DNA of 64,000 nucleotides. Source: the human T2T-CHM13v2.0 reference genome, Homo sapiens. Positions 38,516-52,891 of this stretch are shown piece by piece. Position 1 is the first letter of the stretch. Each line of letters opens with the position of its first letter. Under the pieces are notes generated by a model. That model was not told the DNA's origin and searched no databases. It worked only from the letters and a program-made list of their open reading frames with translations. The stretch lies in NCBI RefSeq assembly GCF_009914755.1, contig NC_060946.1. The stretch is one strand, 5' to 3'. The translations under genes and the position numbers were made by a program.

Positions 38516-38731
38516 ATCCCTAGAAAACTAATACACTAGGTGTCCTAGGACAGCACCCAAAAAACAATCTTATATTCCAGATGCCAGGCAAAGGTGGACA
38601 TTGACGAGGGTGGACCTAGGGACTTAAACAATGGCAGGACACCGTCTTTCTCTCCATATTTCAGATCCATCCACCTTCTTTTCCCGCAGGAGCTCTGACT
38701 GCAGCAGGTCGATGGCGACTGGCACTCCTAA

Positions 38732-39050
<319 letters not shown>

Positions 39051-40024
39051 TAGCCAGGATGGTCTCGATCTCCTGACCTCGTGATCCGCCCGCCTCGGCC
39101 TCCCAAAGTGCTGGGATTACAGGCGTGAGCCACCGCGCCCAGCTCCCTGATTAGTTTCAATGATTATTTCTGGGCCAATCACTGGCCAGACAGCCTCATG
39201 CTCTGGGTTGAAACAAAAGGGAACATGATTTTTAGCACGCTGTGAGGTTTTCATAAAGTGGGGGTGGAGTTGGTTGTTGAGGGGAGGTGGGGATTCCTAT
39301 GTAAGTCAGAGCTTAGGAAAATAGAGCATACTACATGTTTTACAAGTAGCACGGGATTTAAAACAGAGCATTAGATGCTTCTAAAACTACAGTAAGGGGC
39401 AGAGGGAAATAAATCAGGAAAGGTCACAACTAATCTTTGTATGCTGCTAGTTTTCAAGGAAACAGGAAGGTGGAGGGCCCCAGGAAACTGCTGGCAATGG
39501 CAGGTATCTTCAGTACTGTGGTGAGTGAGTCACAGGAAAATGCCTAGAGGCCTCTCTGAGTCTCATGTCTACTGAAGTTCGCATATCTTCTTGCTGTTTC
39601 CAAAGGAGCAGTGATTCTCTGTCTATCAATCATCTACCTTCCTAGTTACCTTCCTACTTACCTATCTAATTCTGGTCTTCCAAAACTTGTGTAAATTCCT
39701 CACACTGGCAGACTCTAGTTTTCAGAGATTCTGGGATATGTGGCTCACAGTCACAGGTTTCTGGCCCCTTTGATACATGGAAGAGCATAGAAGGGAGGAT
39801 GGCATTGAGTTGCTAACACAGTCTGCTGCAGATCCTCAGAGTAAAGGATGTTGGACAAACAACACCCATGCTACCTTGAGTCATAGATATTGTAAGCACT
39901 TCTCTCACATTATTAACTTTTTTTTTTTTTTAACATGTGAGGGTCCTAGGGGAGCTTAATCTCTTTGAACAGCTTAGAGGGTCTTAGAGACATTGAGGAG
40001 ATTGGGGAGGGTCAGGATACAGGA

Positions 40025-40560
40025 AAACATTTTCATTTCCAAATAGAGAAAGAAAATCGAAGTCATAAGCTATAAGTTGGTGAGCTTGGTGGAAATTCTA
40101 GGAGAGTTTATAGACAGGAACATCAAGAAGATGGTACATGAGGACTTCGAAAATAAAACAGTGCTCACAAAGAGGCATCAGACGTTTACAAAGAACAAAT
40201 TGTACCAAAATCACCTTATTTATTTGTTTGTTTATTTATGAATGACTGAGGGGATTACTGGACCCATGGAGCATGTGGATTTTCATGAGGCATTTACCAA
40301 AATCTCATTATGTCTCTGTGAACAAATGGCAAAATGCTGGTGGCACTACTGCTAAGTGCAATCATAACTGAAGGGCTGTGTCCTGAGAATGTTGACTAAT
40401 GGGCCCATGTCAGCCTGGAAAAATGGTCTCAGTTAAGGAGTCCTGGCTTTGACTTTGTGCAGTTCAACCTTTTGATCATTGTTTCTTTTGAGAGCAGTGA
40501 TGGCTCTCTAATCAAATCTGAGGATGCACCAAGGCAGAGAGAAAGGATAAATGGATTGTA
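40025..40560 (+). mobile_element. L3/CR1 LINE fragment (RT region)
   Basis: Degenerate match to recalled L3 RT sequence (gtgagcttg...aaattctag, acaaagaacaaattgtaccaaaatcacctt, atgtcagcctgg). Confidence 0.6.
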
Positions 40561-42798
40561 TAATAAAATTAGGACCAGAGGCAGGGTGGGGACACACATC
40601 CAAACTATATCCCAGCAAGGAAAAAAGACATGTTTCTCAGGAGGAGGCAGTTGGACAAAGCATTAGAAAAGAAGTATTATGGCTGGGCACAGTGGCTCAT
40701 GCCTATAATTCCAGCAGAGTGGAAGGCCAGAGTGGAAGGATCGCTTGAGCCCAGGAGTTCAAGACCAGCCTGGGCAACATCATGGAACCTCATCTCTACA
40801 AAATAAAAATAAAAATAAAAAATTAGCTGGGCATGGTGGAATGCACCTGCAGACCCAGCTACACAGGAGGTTGAGGTGGGAAGATTGCTTGGGCCTGGGA
40901 GGTCAAGGCTGCAGTGAGCCATGATCATGCCACTGCACTCCAGCCTGGGTGACAGAGAGGGACCCTGCCTCAGAAAGAAAAAAGAAAAAAAAAAAAAAAA
41001 GAAAAGAGGTATTACAGACAGGAAGAAGAGAGACAAAAAAGGACAATTCCCACCCACAGTATCTCATTACCACTTCTGGCTGAGTGTTGATTCTTTTAAA
41101 TAGGTAGTGGCGGTCCTCCAAAGGTTCACAGATGTAGGCTGTGGTATCCTCCTTTTGCACATGTGACTCATAAGAAACAGGTCTAATCTTGGTACCCAAC
41201 CAGTTATTTCCTGGAGTTTAACAGTAGTGCAGGTACTCAATACCACCTGATAATGACCTTTCTATTTTGGTTGTAATTGATCCTCAGAGGATCCATCTTT
41301 ATAAGGTTTCAGTAAGACTAAGTCTCCTAGTTGAATGGGAGAGTTTATTTTTTTCCCCTGTGGGAGGAGGCAATACTACATTTCCATATTCTTGAAGGGC
41401 CTTTTGAATCTCGTCTAAGTTGACAATGTGGGTGAACAATCTATGTGTCTCTTCATCAAACAGGAGGTCTAAAGTTAACAAGGGACTTCCATTAAGTCAT
41501 TTCAAATGGACTAAGCTTTAAGGTTTCCTTTGGAGCAAAAGGGCTATGGGTAGGAGAGGAACTGGGCCTCTGAGGTCTCTCGAGAGTTTTGCTAATGTCC
41601 TTTTAAAAATATGGCTGGCTTTTTCTACCTTCCCAGAGTATTGAGGCCTCCAGGAGGAGTGAAGATGATAGGTAATGTCTAAGCTAAGGAAAACTGCTGG
41701 GTCACCTTAGCTGTGAAGGAAGGTCCGTTATGACTTTGCAAATATTTTAGTAACCCAAATCTTGGGATGATCTCTTTAAGTAAGAATCTGGACATTTCTA
41801 ATGCTTTTATATATTTTTTTTTATTTTTTGGTCTTTCTAGGGAAAGCTTTTATCCACCCAGTGAAAGTGCATATGAATACTAGCAAATATTTTAGTTCCC
41901 TATAAAGTGGCATCTGGGTGAAATCTATTTGCCTGTTTTCCCCAAGGTATGTTTCTCAGTGTTCTATAGGTTTGAGTAGGGTGGCGGCATGGGGTGGCTT
42001 CCTGGCCTGTTATGGGCACAAAGTCCCCAGGCCCTGATGACTTTTTTTTTTCCCATGGTCTAGAACAGTTTCTTTCCCAAGATTTGAGAAGCCAATTTGA
42101 ATAGATTCCTGTCCCAAATGTGAAGAGTCATGGAAATATTTCATTATTTTCAACTGCTTAGCTCCAGGGAGAAAGAGTTTGTTGCTTTCTGGCAACCACC
42201 CTGAGGGGTCTTTTTGTAAGCCTTTCTGTTCTGCCCACTTAATTTTTTCAAGGGTATTGTAGGGTGCCACTGACACGTGTGGAGTGCCTGGTATTAATGC
42301 AGTGACCTGTAATGCTGGTATTTTTTTCAGTTGTGGCCTTGGCTGCCCTGTCTGCCAGAGCATTTTCTCTGATAATCGAGGTGTCTCCTTTTGATGTCCC
42401 TTGCAGTAGATAACTGCTGTCTCCTTTAGGAGCTGAACAGCAGCTAAAAATTCCAAGATCTCAGAGAGATGTTATATGGGGGATACCTTGGCTGTTAAGT
42501 CTCCTTTTTTCTTCATATGGCCACATGAGCATGGTGTACCAGGAACCCATATTTGAAATTAGTAAATATATTGACTCTTGCAGTAAAAAAAAGTATATTT
42601 TTTATATACCTAAGAGTAAATATATATACATACACACACTCTCTTAAGTCTATATATATGTATATATACACTCTTAAGTCTTTTCTCAATTGGAGGACCC
42701 TAATTAGAGTAATTAATTCTGCTTTTTGAGTGGAAATCTGGAAAAGTAAGTCTTTGGCTACCATGACTTCTTGCTGGATAACCACATCATAAACTGCC

Positions 42799-42838
42799 TT
42801 TTCTTTCTTTCTTTCTTTTTCTTTCTTTTCTTTCTTTT

Positions 42839-42890
<52 letters not shown>

Positions 42891-42928
42891 TCCTTCTTTC
42901 TTTCTTTCTCTCTCTCTCCTTCCTTCCT

Positions 42929-42959
<31 letters not shown>

Positions 42960-42998
42960 CTCCTTCCTTCCTTTCTTTCCTTCTTTCTTTCTTTCTTT
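42799..42998 (+). repeat. (TTTC/TTCC)n pyrimidine tract, tail of an antisense Alu
   Basis: Directly visible; about 200 bp. Confidence 0.95.
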
Positions 42999-44171
42999 GA
43001 GATGGAGTCTCATTCTGTCACCCAGGCTGGGGTGCAGCGGCATGATGCACTGGCATGATCTCGATTCACTGCAGCCTCCACCTCCTGGGTTCAAGTGATT
43101 CAGAATAGCTGCCTCAGCCTCCAGAGTAGCTGAGATTACAGGCTCCTGCCACCACGTGCAGCTAATTTTTGTATTTTTAGTAGAGACAGGGTTTCACCGT
43201 GTTGGCCAGGCTGGTCTCAAACTCCTGACCTCAGGTGATCTGCCTGCCTGAGCCTCCCAAAGTGCTGGGCTTACAGGCTTGATCCACCATGCCCAACCAC
43301 AGCCTGCCTTTCTTACTCCCTCATGAATAAAGCTGCTCCTGCCTGTAAACCGCTCAATACCAGGGTTATGCAGGGGCTCATCTTTGAGGTCAGACCTGCT
43401 AGAATAGGTCTGATCTGTGGTTTCCACAGAGGAATAAATGAGCTGGGGATCTGCTTTTTGGGATGTGAAGTCTGGCAACAGAGTAGCAGGTTTAAAACCT
43501 GACATAGTTTAAGGTAACATCTGTGGTGTCAAGCAGAAGGGCCTGATATTTAAACAACTGACTACCTGTTAGCCATTGATGTCCTTTTGCCTCTAGGACC
43601 CCCTGTATTTGGTTGGGGGAAGGATAATGACATCTAATTGTTGTTCCAAGGTAAATTTACTGCCTTTTGTTTTTTTCCCCCAACAGAGCAGTGGTGGGCA
43701 CAGCTCAAAAGCATCCTGGCCACCCAGCTGCCAACTGGCCTAGCTGTTTAGAAAAGTAAGCCACTGGTTTAGGATTATTCTTGAGCCTTTGAGCTAGAAC
43801 ACCCAAAGATGTCCTTTGTTTTTAGTCACATAGAGAGTGAAAGGTTTGGGACATGTTCCCAGCATTTCTTTTAGGGTTAAGAATGCCTGTTGTGAGGTTC
43901 TGTCCCAATTCAAAGGCTTGTGATCACACTCTTTTAGAGCTTTATAGAGTGGTTTTGATATGATCCCAAACCTGGGAATACAAATATGGCAGAATCTGGC
44001 CATTCCCAAAAAGGCACTTAACTGTTTCTTAGTCTGAGTGGGCTGGAGTGCCAGAATGGTCTCTTTCTATTCCTGGGCTAAGGTTTTTGTCCCAGGAATA
44101 AACACACATCTCAGATACTTCACCCTTTGGGCAGAAATTTGGGCCTTGTTGGGAGATACCCAGTACCCTTC

Positions 44172-44544
44172 TGTATTAGTCTGTTCTTACACTGCTAATG
44201 TGTGAGATATAAAGACATACCTGAGACTGGGTAATTTATAAAGAAAAGAGGTTTAATTAACTCACGGTTCCACATGGCTGGGGAGGCCTCACTCATGGCA
44301 GAAGGCAAATGAGAAGCAAAGTCATGTCTTACATGGCAGCAGGCAAGAGAGCTTGTGTAGGGGAACTCCCCTTTATAAAACCATCAGATCTCATAAGACT
44401 TATTCATTATCATGAAAACAGCATGGGAAAGACCCACCCCCATGGTTCAATTACTTCCCACCAGGTCCTTCCCATGACACGTGGGAATTATGGGAGCTAC
44501 AATTCAAGATGAGATTTGGCTGGGGACACAGTCAAACCATATCA
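44172..44544 (-). mobile_element. Solo THE1 LTR inserted in ERV pol
   Basis: tgtattagtc...ccatatca; flanks ccttc/ccttg. Confidence 0.9.
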
Positions 44545-44865
44545 CCTTGTTTTCCCAGAAAATTAAGGATCTGGATTGTGTTTCTGTCAGAGGATTTTAA
44601 TCTTTCCCCTGAGTTATTTCTCTAATCTTGTCATAATTAACTGGCTTGACCACATACTTTTTCATGCCTTCTATTAAATGAGTTAGTATGTGATTTCTGC
44701 ATTCAAGATCTTAGGAATTGATCTGGAACTGCCTCACCCCCCTCCACACAGTAAATGGTATGGCCTTGGTTACGAGTAGCCACTCCATCTGCATGTTCGT
44801 GGGCAGTATCTAGAGTCTTTTTTTCTTTTCTTTTCTTTTTCTTTTTTTTTTTTTTTTGAGACTGA

Positions 44866-44964
<99 letters not shown>

Positions 44965-46834
44965 TGAATAGCTGGGATTACAGGTGCCTATCACCATGCC
45001 CAGATAATTATTGTGTTTTTAGTAGAGACGGGGTTTCTCCATGTTGGTCAGGCTGGTCTTGAACTCCTGACCTCAGGTGATCCATCCGCCTTGGCCTCCA
45101 AAATTGCTGGGATTACAGGCCTGAGCCACCGTGCCCAGCCTGTTTTGTTTTTTTCTATGGCAAAACAAGTGGATAATGATATTGGCATGTCATGCCACCT
45201 TAAATCAAAGGACATGGCCAATTTAACAAACTCCTGTACAAACTTCCCTGGATCCTCTGAAAACTGGCCACATTTTCTTGCATAAAGCCAAATTGGACAT
45301 GGAAAAGGTACATATATTCTGATTTTTCCACCATCTCTGTCAACTACCTGCTGATACGGACACAGGTTTGATTTGAGGGGCTGATACGGGACCCTACTGC
45401 TGGTGGTACTGGTTGGGCTTGCTTCCTTGGGCAGCAGGGGGCATAGGCTGGGATCTGTTGGATAAGGGGGAGAAGTTCTTGATGACCTTGGAGTGGAATC
45501 CTGTGCTAGAGAACTGGTGGGAACCTTCTTAGAACTGAAGGACTGAGGAATCTCCAAGGCGGGCTTGTAGGCGTTCTAGCTGGAGCAGCTAGGAAGGGGT
45601 AATCCAGGATATCTGGGGTAGCTTCTTGGTGCCAGAGGTGTTATGAGCCAGACACATTTTACAGCTATCTCTTAGGTCAGGATCTTGGTAGAGGGCCATA
45701 AAAGCCTGCACATAAGGAACTTCTCCCCATTTTCCTTTCTTTTTACAGAATAAATCTAATTGTAAAATAGCATTATAACATAAAGAGCCATTTCTAGGCC
45801 AAATTTGTTGATTCCCCAATTTGTATTCGACTCAGTGTTGCCATGGAAAATGAGGTTTTTTTTCCTCTTTAAATCATCAGATTTGAATTTCCTCCACTTG
45901 CCTAAAAGACATCCCGGTGGCAAGGCCTATGGGATGCTCACTGCTGTCCCCGTGTCTAGTAAGGATTTCTACAGGAGTTTTGTAGTTAGTCTAAGTCTAG
46001 CAAAAGCTTAGTCACATTTTCCTTTCAAATTTTCACTTTTTGCAAAGAAGGTGTAAGTATAGGTAGCAAAGCATTACAAAAGCCAATTATGAGCTATGAA
46101 TGGGTAGTAGAATGACGAGAGTGAATTCTACAGAGAGCAATGAAAGCATCTTAGTTTGGGCAGAGAGGGGCTAAACAGAAAGTAAACACAGAAGGGAGGA
46201 AGGGAAGGGGTGAACAGCATTTCTCAAGGGGAGACCTTGGAAGCTCGGACTCACCACAGAACCTACTTGGCAATGGAGACAACTGTCTGCAGGAGCCAAA
46301 ATGGTGCCAGCCAGGCTTGTGGAACTGGGTGAAGGCCTGCCTAGGTGACCCCCAGCTTGGGTGGGCTTGGCTGCTAGAGGGGAACAAGTGTGGAGATCAG
46401 CAACCTGGTAGGTCCCACATGAGGCGGTGCTCTGGCCACTTGCCTGTCCTCTTGGCTCCACTGCCTGCCAGGATAAATGACGGCTCTGGCCAGGCACGAT
46501 GGCTCACGTCTGTAACCCCAACACTTTGGGAGGCCATAAGGGGGCGGATCACTTGAGGTCAGGAGCTCTAGACTAGCCTGTCCAACATGGTGGAACCCCA
46601 TATCTGCTAAAAATACAAAAATTAGCCAGGCATGGTGGTGGGTGCCTGTAATATCAGCTACTCGAGCGGCTGAGGCAGGAGAATCACTTGAGGCAGGAGA
46701 ATCCAGGAGGCGGAGGTTGCAGGTTGCAGTGAGCCAAGATCGCACCACTGCACTCCAGACTAGGCACCAGAACAAGACTCCATCTCAAAAGAAAAGAAAG
46801 ACAGAAAGGGAGAAAGAGACAAAGAGACAAAGAA

Positions 46835-46958
46835 AGGAAAGAAGGAAGGAAGGAAGGAAGGAAGGAAGGAAGGAAGGAAGGAAGGAAGGAAGGAAGGAAA
46901 GAAGGAAGGAAGGAAAGAAGGAAGGAAGGAAGGAAGGAAGGAAGGAAGGGAGGAAGGA
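46835..46958 (+). repeat. (GGAA)n microsatellite from an Alu tail
   Basis: 14 uninterrupted GGAA units at 46844-46899, plus interrupted units. Confidence 0.95.
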
Positions 46959-47214
46959 AAATGATGGCTCTGAAAAGAGCCTTTGGTTGATGTTACACCT
47001 CTCTGCAGTGTTAGCAGCTCTTTGGTATTACAGTCTTAGTGTTACTGCTCTTGCAGTTTTGATGACCAATTTCCTCACCATCTCTCGCTGTCTCACTGAT
47101 CATTGCCTCTTGCTGTCTCTCTCACTGCTTGCTGTCTCTTGCCATCTCTCACTATCTCACCAACCATTATCTCTCACCATTGCCTCATCAATCACTGACC
47201 ACCATCCTCTCTTC

Positions 47215-47233
47215 ACTCCTGGCTGACTCATCA
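47215..47233 (-). promoter_or_regulatory. Degenerate primer binding site, tRNA-Arg(ACG) type
   Basis: Minus strand TGATGAGTCAGCCAGGAGT versus TGGCGAGCCAGCCAGGAGT (complement of the tRNA-Arg 3' end as recalled), 16/19 identical, adjacent to the LTR. Confidence 0.65.
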
Positions 47234-47234
47234 C

Positions 47235-47810
47235 CGATGCAGGGCAGATTCTTGGCTTTGCTCAGGAAAGAACTCAAGAGCAAGGCTGGGCGTGGTGGCT
47301 CACACCTGTGATCCCAGCCCTTTGGGAAGCCCAGGCAGGAAGATTGCTTGAGCCCAGAAGTTCGAGACCAGCCTGGGCAACATAGCAAGATCCTGTCCCT
47401 ACTTAAAAAAAGAATTCAAGAGCAGGCTGGTGATGAAAGAAAGCAGCTTTACTGAAGTGGCAGCAGTGTCAAGTCTCTGTGACTGCTCCTTGTGGAGCAA
47501 AGCTATCGCATAGGCAGTGAACTGAGTAACAACATATGGGTGGTTTGCGGTCATATTTATATCTACTTCTAATGACATGCTAATTAAGAGGCAGTTCTAC
47601 TCAGAAATAGCTAGAAAATGGGTGATAACTCTCTGGGTATTGCCGTGGCAAAGGGTAGTAACTTCAGGCATCTCCACGTGTCGGTAAACTGTGGTAGTGT
47701 CTTATAGGGATGGGCAGCGAGAGCAACTGGAGGTGCTTTCAGGACCCCTTCCTGGTTTCTGCCAGTCTTCAGTCTGGTCTGGAGATGAGTCCCGCCTGCC
47801 TCCTACCTCA
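47235..47810 (-). mobile_element. 5' LTR of a class I (ERV1) provirus; contains an Alu monomer at about 47284-47409
   Basis: Minus strand starts TGAGGTAGGAGGCAGG and is followed directly by a PBS; the Alu monomer has TSD aagaa(c/t)tcaagagca. Confidence 0.8.
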
Positions 47811-47978
47811 TGTGGAGTTACTGACACAGGCATTCATTCAACAAATATTTTTTGAGAACTATAATCAGAATTTGGTTAGGTGCTGGGTACACATATGTGA
47901 AAAAAATTGACAAGATCACTACCAAGGAGGAATGGGAACACTTATTGAGCATCCTATATGTATCGTGCACTGTATTGA

Positions 47979-48224
<246 letters not shown>

Positions 48225-48699
48225 TGATCTCGATCTCCTGACCTCGTGATCCACTCGACTTGGCCTCCCAAAGTCCTGGGATTACAGGTGTGAGTCACTG
48301 TGCCAGGCCTATTTCTTTTTTAAATACATTTTTATTTTATTTTATTTAGTCACCCAGGCTGGAGTGCAGTGGTGCAATCTTGACTTGCTGTAACTTCCGC
48401 TTCCTGGGTTCAAGCGATTCTCGTGCCTCAGCTTCCTGAGCAGCTAGGACCACAGGCACCTGCCACCACACTCGGCAAATTTTTGTATTTTTAATAGAGA
48501 CGGGGTTTCACTGTGTTGGCGAGGCTGGTCTCGAATTCCTGACTTTCGACAATCCACCCGACTCAGCCTCTCAAAGTGCTGGGATTACAGGCGTGAGCCA
48601 CAGCGCCCAGCTGGAATTTGGATTATTTCTATAACCTTGAGATAAGAAATCCTAGGGCTGGGGTTTGCTTAATGGGCACACAATATATGAAGAGCTGTT

Positions 48700-48990
48700 A
48701 TATAAAATGAAGAATGGTCATGTGCTTATGTGGCTGCAAAGGATGGATTTAGGACACGGCTGGAAGTTTCAGGGAACACACTTAGGGTTAGATGAGGAAA
48801 ATCTTTCGAACAGAGCAGTTTATCAGTGGAAGGATATATTTCTGAAGTAGGAGTTTCCATGAGATTGAAGACATTCAAACCAAAGCTGGAGAGGCCCCTT
48901 CTAACGTATGATGAAGAGTCACTCTCTGATTTGTGTTTTGGACTAAATGGCCACTGAGGTCACATTTAGCCATGAAATTCTTTGATTTTA
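48700..48990 (+). mobile_element. L3/CR1 3'-end fragment
   Basis: Resembles the L3/MIR3 3' end (gagcagtttatcagtggaa...gagtttccat...gaagacattcaaaccaaagctgga). Confidence 0.5.
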
Positions 48991-50690
48991 TAAACCTTTA
49001 TATGTTGCATTCAAAAATTTTGTATCGTGCATTGCTATTTTGCTTTGTGTATGTAAATCAATGCTTGCTGAATTCAATTGTGAACTTCCCCAGAGCCTGA
49101 GAAAAGGACTAGGTGGTATATTGAAGAGATCATGGATTTGGAATCTGTTCTAATACCAAAAAGCTATGTTCTTTGTGGGCAGGCTGTTCACCTTCTCTGC
49201 AACTCAACTTTCACATCTATAAAATGTATGTAGTAAAATTTAATTTATTCTGTTGCATTGCTATGGGGCAAGACATAATGTGTGGTAAAGCACTTTGAAC
49301 ACAGTGACATACAAAATTGATGCACACTTCATGGAAGTTATATTTGCTTCGCTTCATTCTCATATACTGCTACCCCACTGGCACCTGATGCTGTGGAATG
49401 CACAGATAAATTCTGTCCCCAAAGATATTGGAAGATGAAGGCCAAATGCTGGTTGCAATACTGTGGCCCAAGCCAGAGAGTCCATGATGGCTGATTCTTT
49501 CCCCAAAGGCAGGGGGATTTTGCTCTGTATTCTGTTATTTCATAGCTCTCTCTTCTCCTTCTTTGCACTATTCCTTCCTGGGATCTTCGGTGTTCTTCAC
49601 TTTAGGTCCTGAAGCTGCTTGTGTCTGGATCAGTGGTTTCTGAGCACCCTCTAGAGACAACAGAGGGATTTGTTCCATTTGAGAGAATAGATTTTTCCCA
49701 TCATGTGGTTGCTGGATCAAACGGAACGCATAGGAGCAAGTGAGGAGGACCCAGCTTTCTTCAGCCCAGCCCTCCCTAGCACTGCTCCAGTGGGGCTGCC
49801 TTCTCCTATATATCCAATCCCCAGGTGTCCGTGAGACAATGAGCAACCCAGGATTAAGAAAAACGTTCCCTTCTCTTCCTAAGCACAAGTGGTCAGGTGA
49901 GAGTGTGTGTCTCAATGGGAACATAACTCAATCTCTAGTGAATTCTGAACAAGACAATGACTCAAGTCCAGAGTTAAACGCACTAAATATGATGCATAAA
50001 TTACCTCTTATGACCATCCAGGCGGCATGTCTTGCTCAATCCTCAGGAAAAAGAAAAGAAAAACTTACTCAAGCACCATAAACAACAGAAAGCAATATGA
50101 ACTCTTATTTTTCTTTAAATATTTCATCTCTAGTTCTTTCTCATATTCAACTCTTTTAAAGTTCCACATCATTCCTGTCCCTAAACAAACTTAAAGTACA
50201 ACATTCCTATTTCTAGGATAGTGGAGAAGACAGTGAGGGGTAAGAGATCAAGGGACTGGGATGGGTAATAATAAGGAGGGTATGATAAAACCCACTTCAG
50301 GAGTGTCACACCTTGAATACATAGCAAAAATGATTGACTGACTGAGAAATCAGACCACATATCCCTTTCTGAAAGAAAATGATGAAATGAATTTCCTAGA
50401 GTCATAGAGTGAGATATTGGGAGATAGAATTTCAGACATCTATCTTGAAATTTGTTGAGTTTCTTGGCACTGTAAGTTAATGTTGTTCATCATATCTGGA
50501 ACATTTTGTCCATTCTCTCTTCATGTGCTTTCTACCCCTTTTCTTTCTCTTCTCTTTCTAGGATTCCCCTCATACATATATTAGTATGCTTGATGATGTT
50601 CCACAGATGTTTGAGGTTCTGTTCAGAGAAAAACCTTTTTTAAATTATTTTTCTTTATTCTTTCCTTTTAAAAATAATTGCTAGCTTTGA

Positions 50691-51655
50691 TGAGGCTGCA
50701 GAGAAATAGGAATGCTTTTACACTGCTGGTGGGAATGTAAATTAGTTCAACATTGTGGAAGACAGTGTGGAGATGTGCCAAGGAAATCCCTTTGACACAG
50801 CAATCCCATTGCTGGGTATATACCCAAAGGAATAGAAATCATTTTATTATAAAGATACATGCGTGGGTATGTTCCTTGTAGCACTATTCACAATAACAAA
50901 GACATAGAATCAACCCAAATGCTCATCAGTGATAGACTGGATAAAGAAAATGTGGTAGGCCAGATGCAGTGGCTCATGCCTGTAATCCCAGCACTTTGGG
51001 AGGCCGAGGCAGGCGGATCACCTGAGGTCAGGAGTTCGAAACCAGACTGGCCAACATGGTGAAACCGCGTCTCTACTAAAAATACAAAAATTAGCCAGGC
51101 ATGGTGGCAGGCACCTGTAATCCCAGCTACTCGAGAGGCTGAGGCAGGAGAATCTCTTGAACCCAGAAGTGGAGGGTGCAGTGAGCCGAGATTATGCCAT
51201 TGCACTCCAGCCTGTGGGACAAGAGTGAGACTTCGTCTCAAAAACAAAAAAAAAAAAAAGAAAAAGAAAAAGAAAAGAAAAGAAAATGTGGTACATATAC
51301 ACCATGGAATACTATGCAGCCATAAAAAGGAATGAGATCATGTGCTTTGCAGGGACATGGATGGAGGTGAAAGCCATTAACCTCAGCAAACTAGTGCAGG
51401 AACAGAAAACCAAACACCACATGTTCTCACTTACAAGTGGGAGCTGAACAATGAGAACACATGGATACAGAGAGGGGAACAACAATGGGGAGAGTCAGGG
51501 GAGGGAGAACATCAGGAAAAATAGCTAATGTGTGCTGGGCTTAATAACTAGCTGATGGGTTGATAGGTGCAGCAAATCACCATGGCACACGTTTACCTAT
51601 GTAGCAAGCCTGCATATCCTGCACATGTACCCCGGAAATTAAAATAAAAATTTAA
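50691..51655 (+). mobile_element. L1 3' fragment interrupted by an Alu (50958-51285)
   Basis: L1 ORF2 C-terminal/3' UTR sequence (cactgctggtgggaatgtaaattag...gcacatgtacccc); Alu TSD aaagaaaatgtggta. Confidence 0.88.
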
Positions 51656-52137
51656 AAATTGCTTGCTTTTAATTGATATTTTCTATTTGGTGAGTCATAA
51701 CCTCAAAACACTACACATTCTATTATTCCATTTATGTAACCTAAGAAAATGATCAAATTTAGTGATGGAAAACAGATCAAAGATTGAAAGGAATTAGGGA
51801 TGGAGAGGTGAGATTACAAAGGGGTAGCATGAGGGAGTTTCTTTGGGATGAAGAATCAGGTTTTTATCTTAATTGTAGTTGTGGTTACATGCATGTATAC
51901 TCTGATGCATTTTCATAGAATACTCAAAAAAAGAAACAAAAGCAAAATACAAAAGGATATGAAAACTGGTGAAATTGCAATAAGGTTTTATACCTTATTA
52001 TTATACCAAGGTCAATCCCACGGTTTTGATCACTGTATTAGAGTAATGTAAAGCACGTTGTGCACATGTACCCTAAAACTTAAAGTATAATAAAAAATAT
52101 ATATATACGCACGTATTAAAAAAATAAAAGTCATCGG

Positions 52138-52510
52138 TGTTAGTCCGTTCTCACACTGCTACGAAGAAATGCCCGAGACTGGGTAATTTATAAAGGAAAG
52201 AGGTTTAATTGACTCACAGTTCTTCGTGGCTGGGGAGGCCTCAAGAAACTTACAATCATGGTGGAAGGCAAAGGAGAAGCAGGCACCTTCTTGACAGGGC
52301 AGCAGGATGGATTGAGTGCAGGCAGAGGAAGTGCCAGACACTTAAAACCGTCAGATCTCATGAGACTCGCTATCACGAGAACAGCATGGGGCAAACGGCC
52401 CCCGTGATCCAATTACCTCCACCTGGTCCAACCTTTGACACGTGGGGATTAAGGGAATTACAATTCAAGATAAGATTTTGGGTGGGGACACACACAGCCG
52501 AACCGTATCA
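52138..52510 (-). mobile_element. MaLR LTR (MSTA/THE1-like)
   Basis: tgttagtccgttctcacactgct...gaaccgtatca. Confidence 0.85.
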
Positions 52511-52684
52511 TCATCGTGGGAAGTTAAGTTAAAAGCGTATGTGAGCTCTATTATTTTTGCAACTTCTATTTCATTCTAAAACTATTTTAGGGCCAGGTAC
52601 AGTGGCTCACGCCTGTAATCCCAGCACTTTGGGAGGCCTAGGCGGGCGGATCACAAGGTCAGGAGATCGAGACCATCCTGGCTA

Positions 52685-52891
<207 letters not shown>

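Noticed and set aside
42513-43094. 193-aa K/E/R-rich ORF (also 46642-47226)
   Set aside because: Alu plus tetranucleotide repeat plus ERV fragment; not a gene.
45048-45557. 169-aa gag-like ORF as a domesticated gag
   Set aside because: Frameshifted fragment ending in Alu sequence; the provirus is heavily disrupted.
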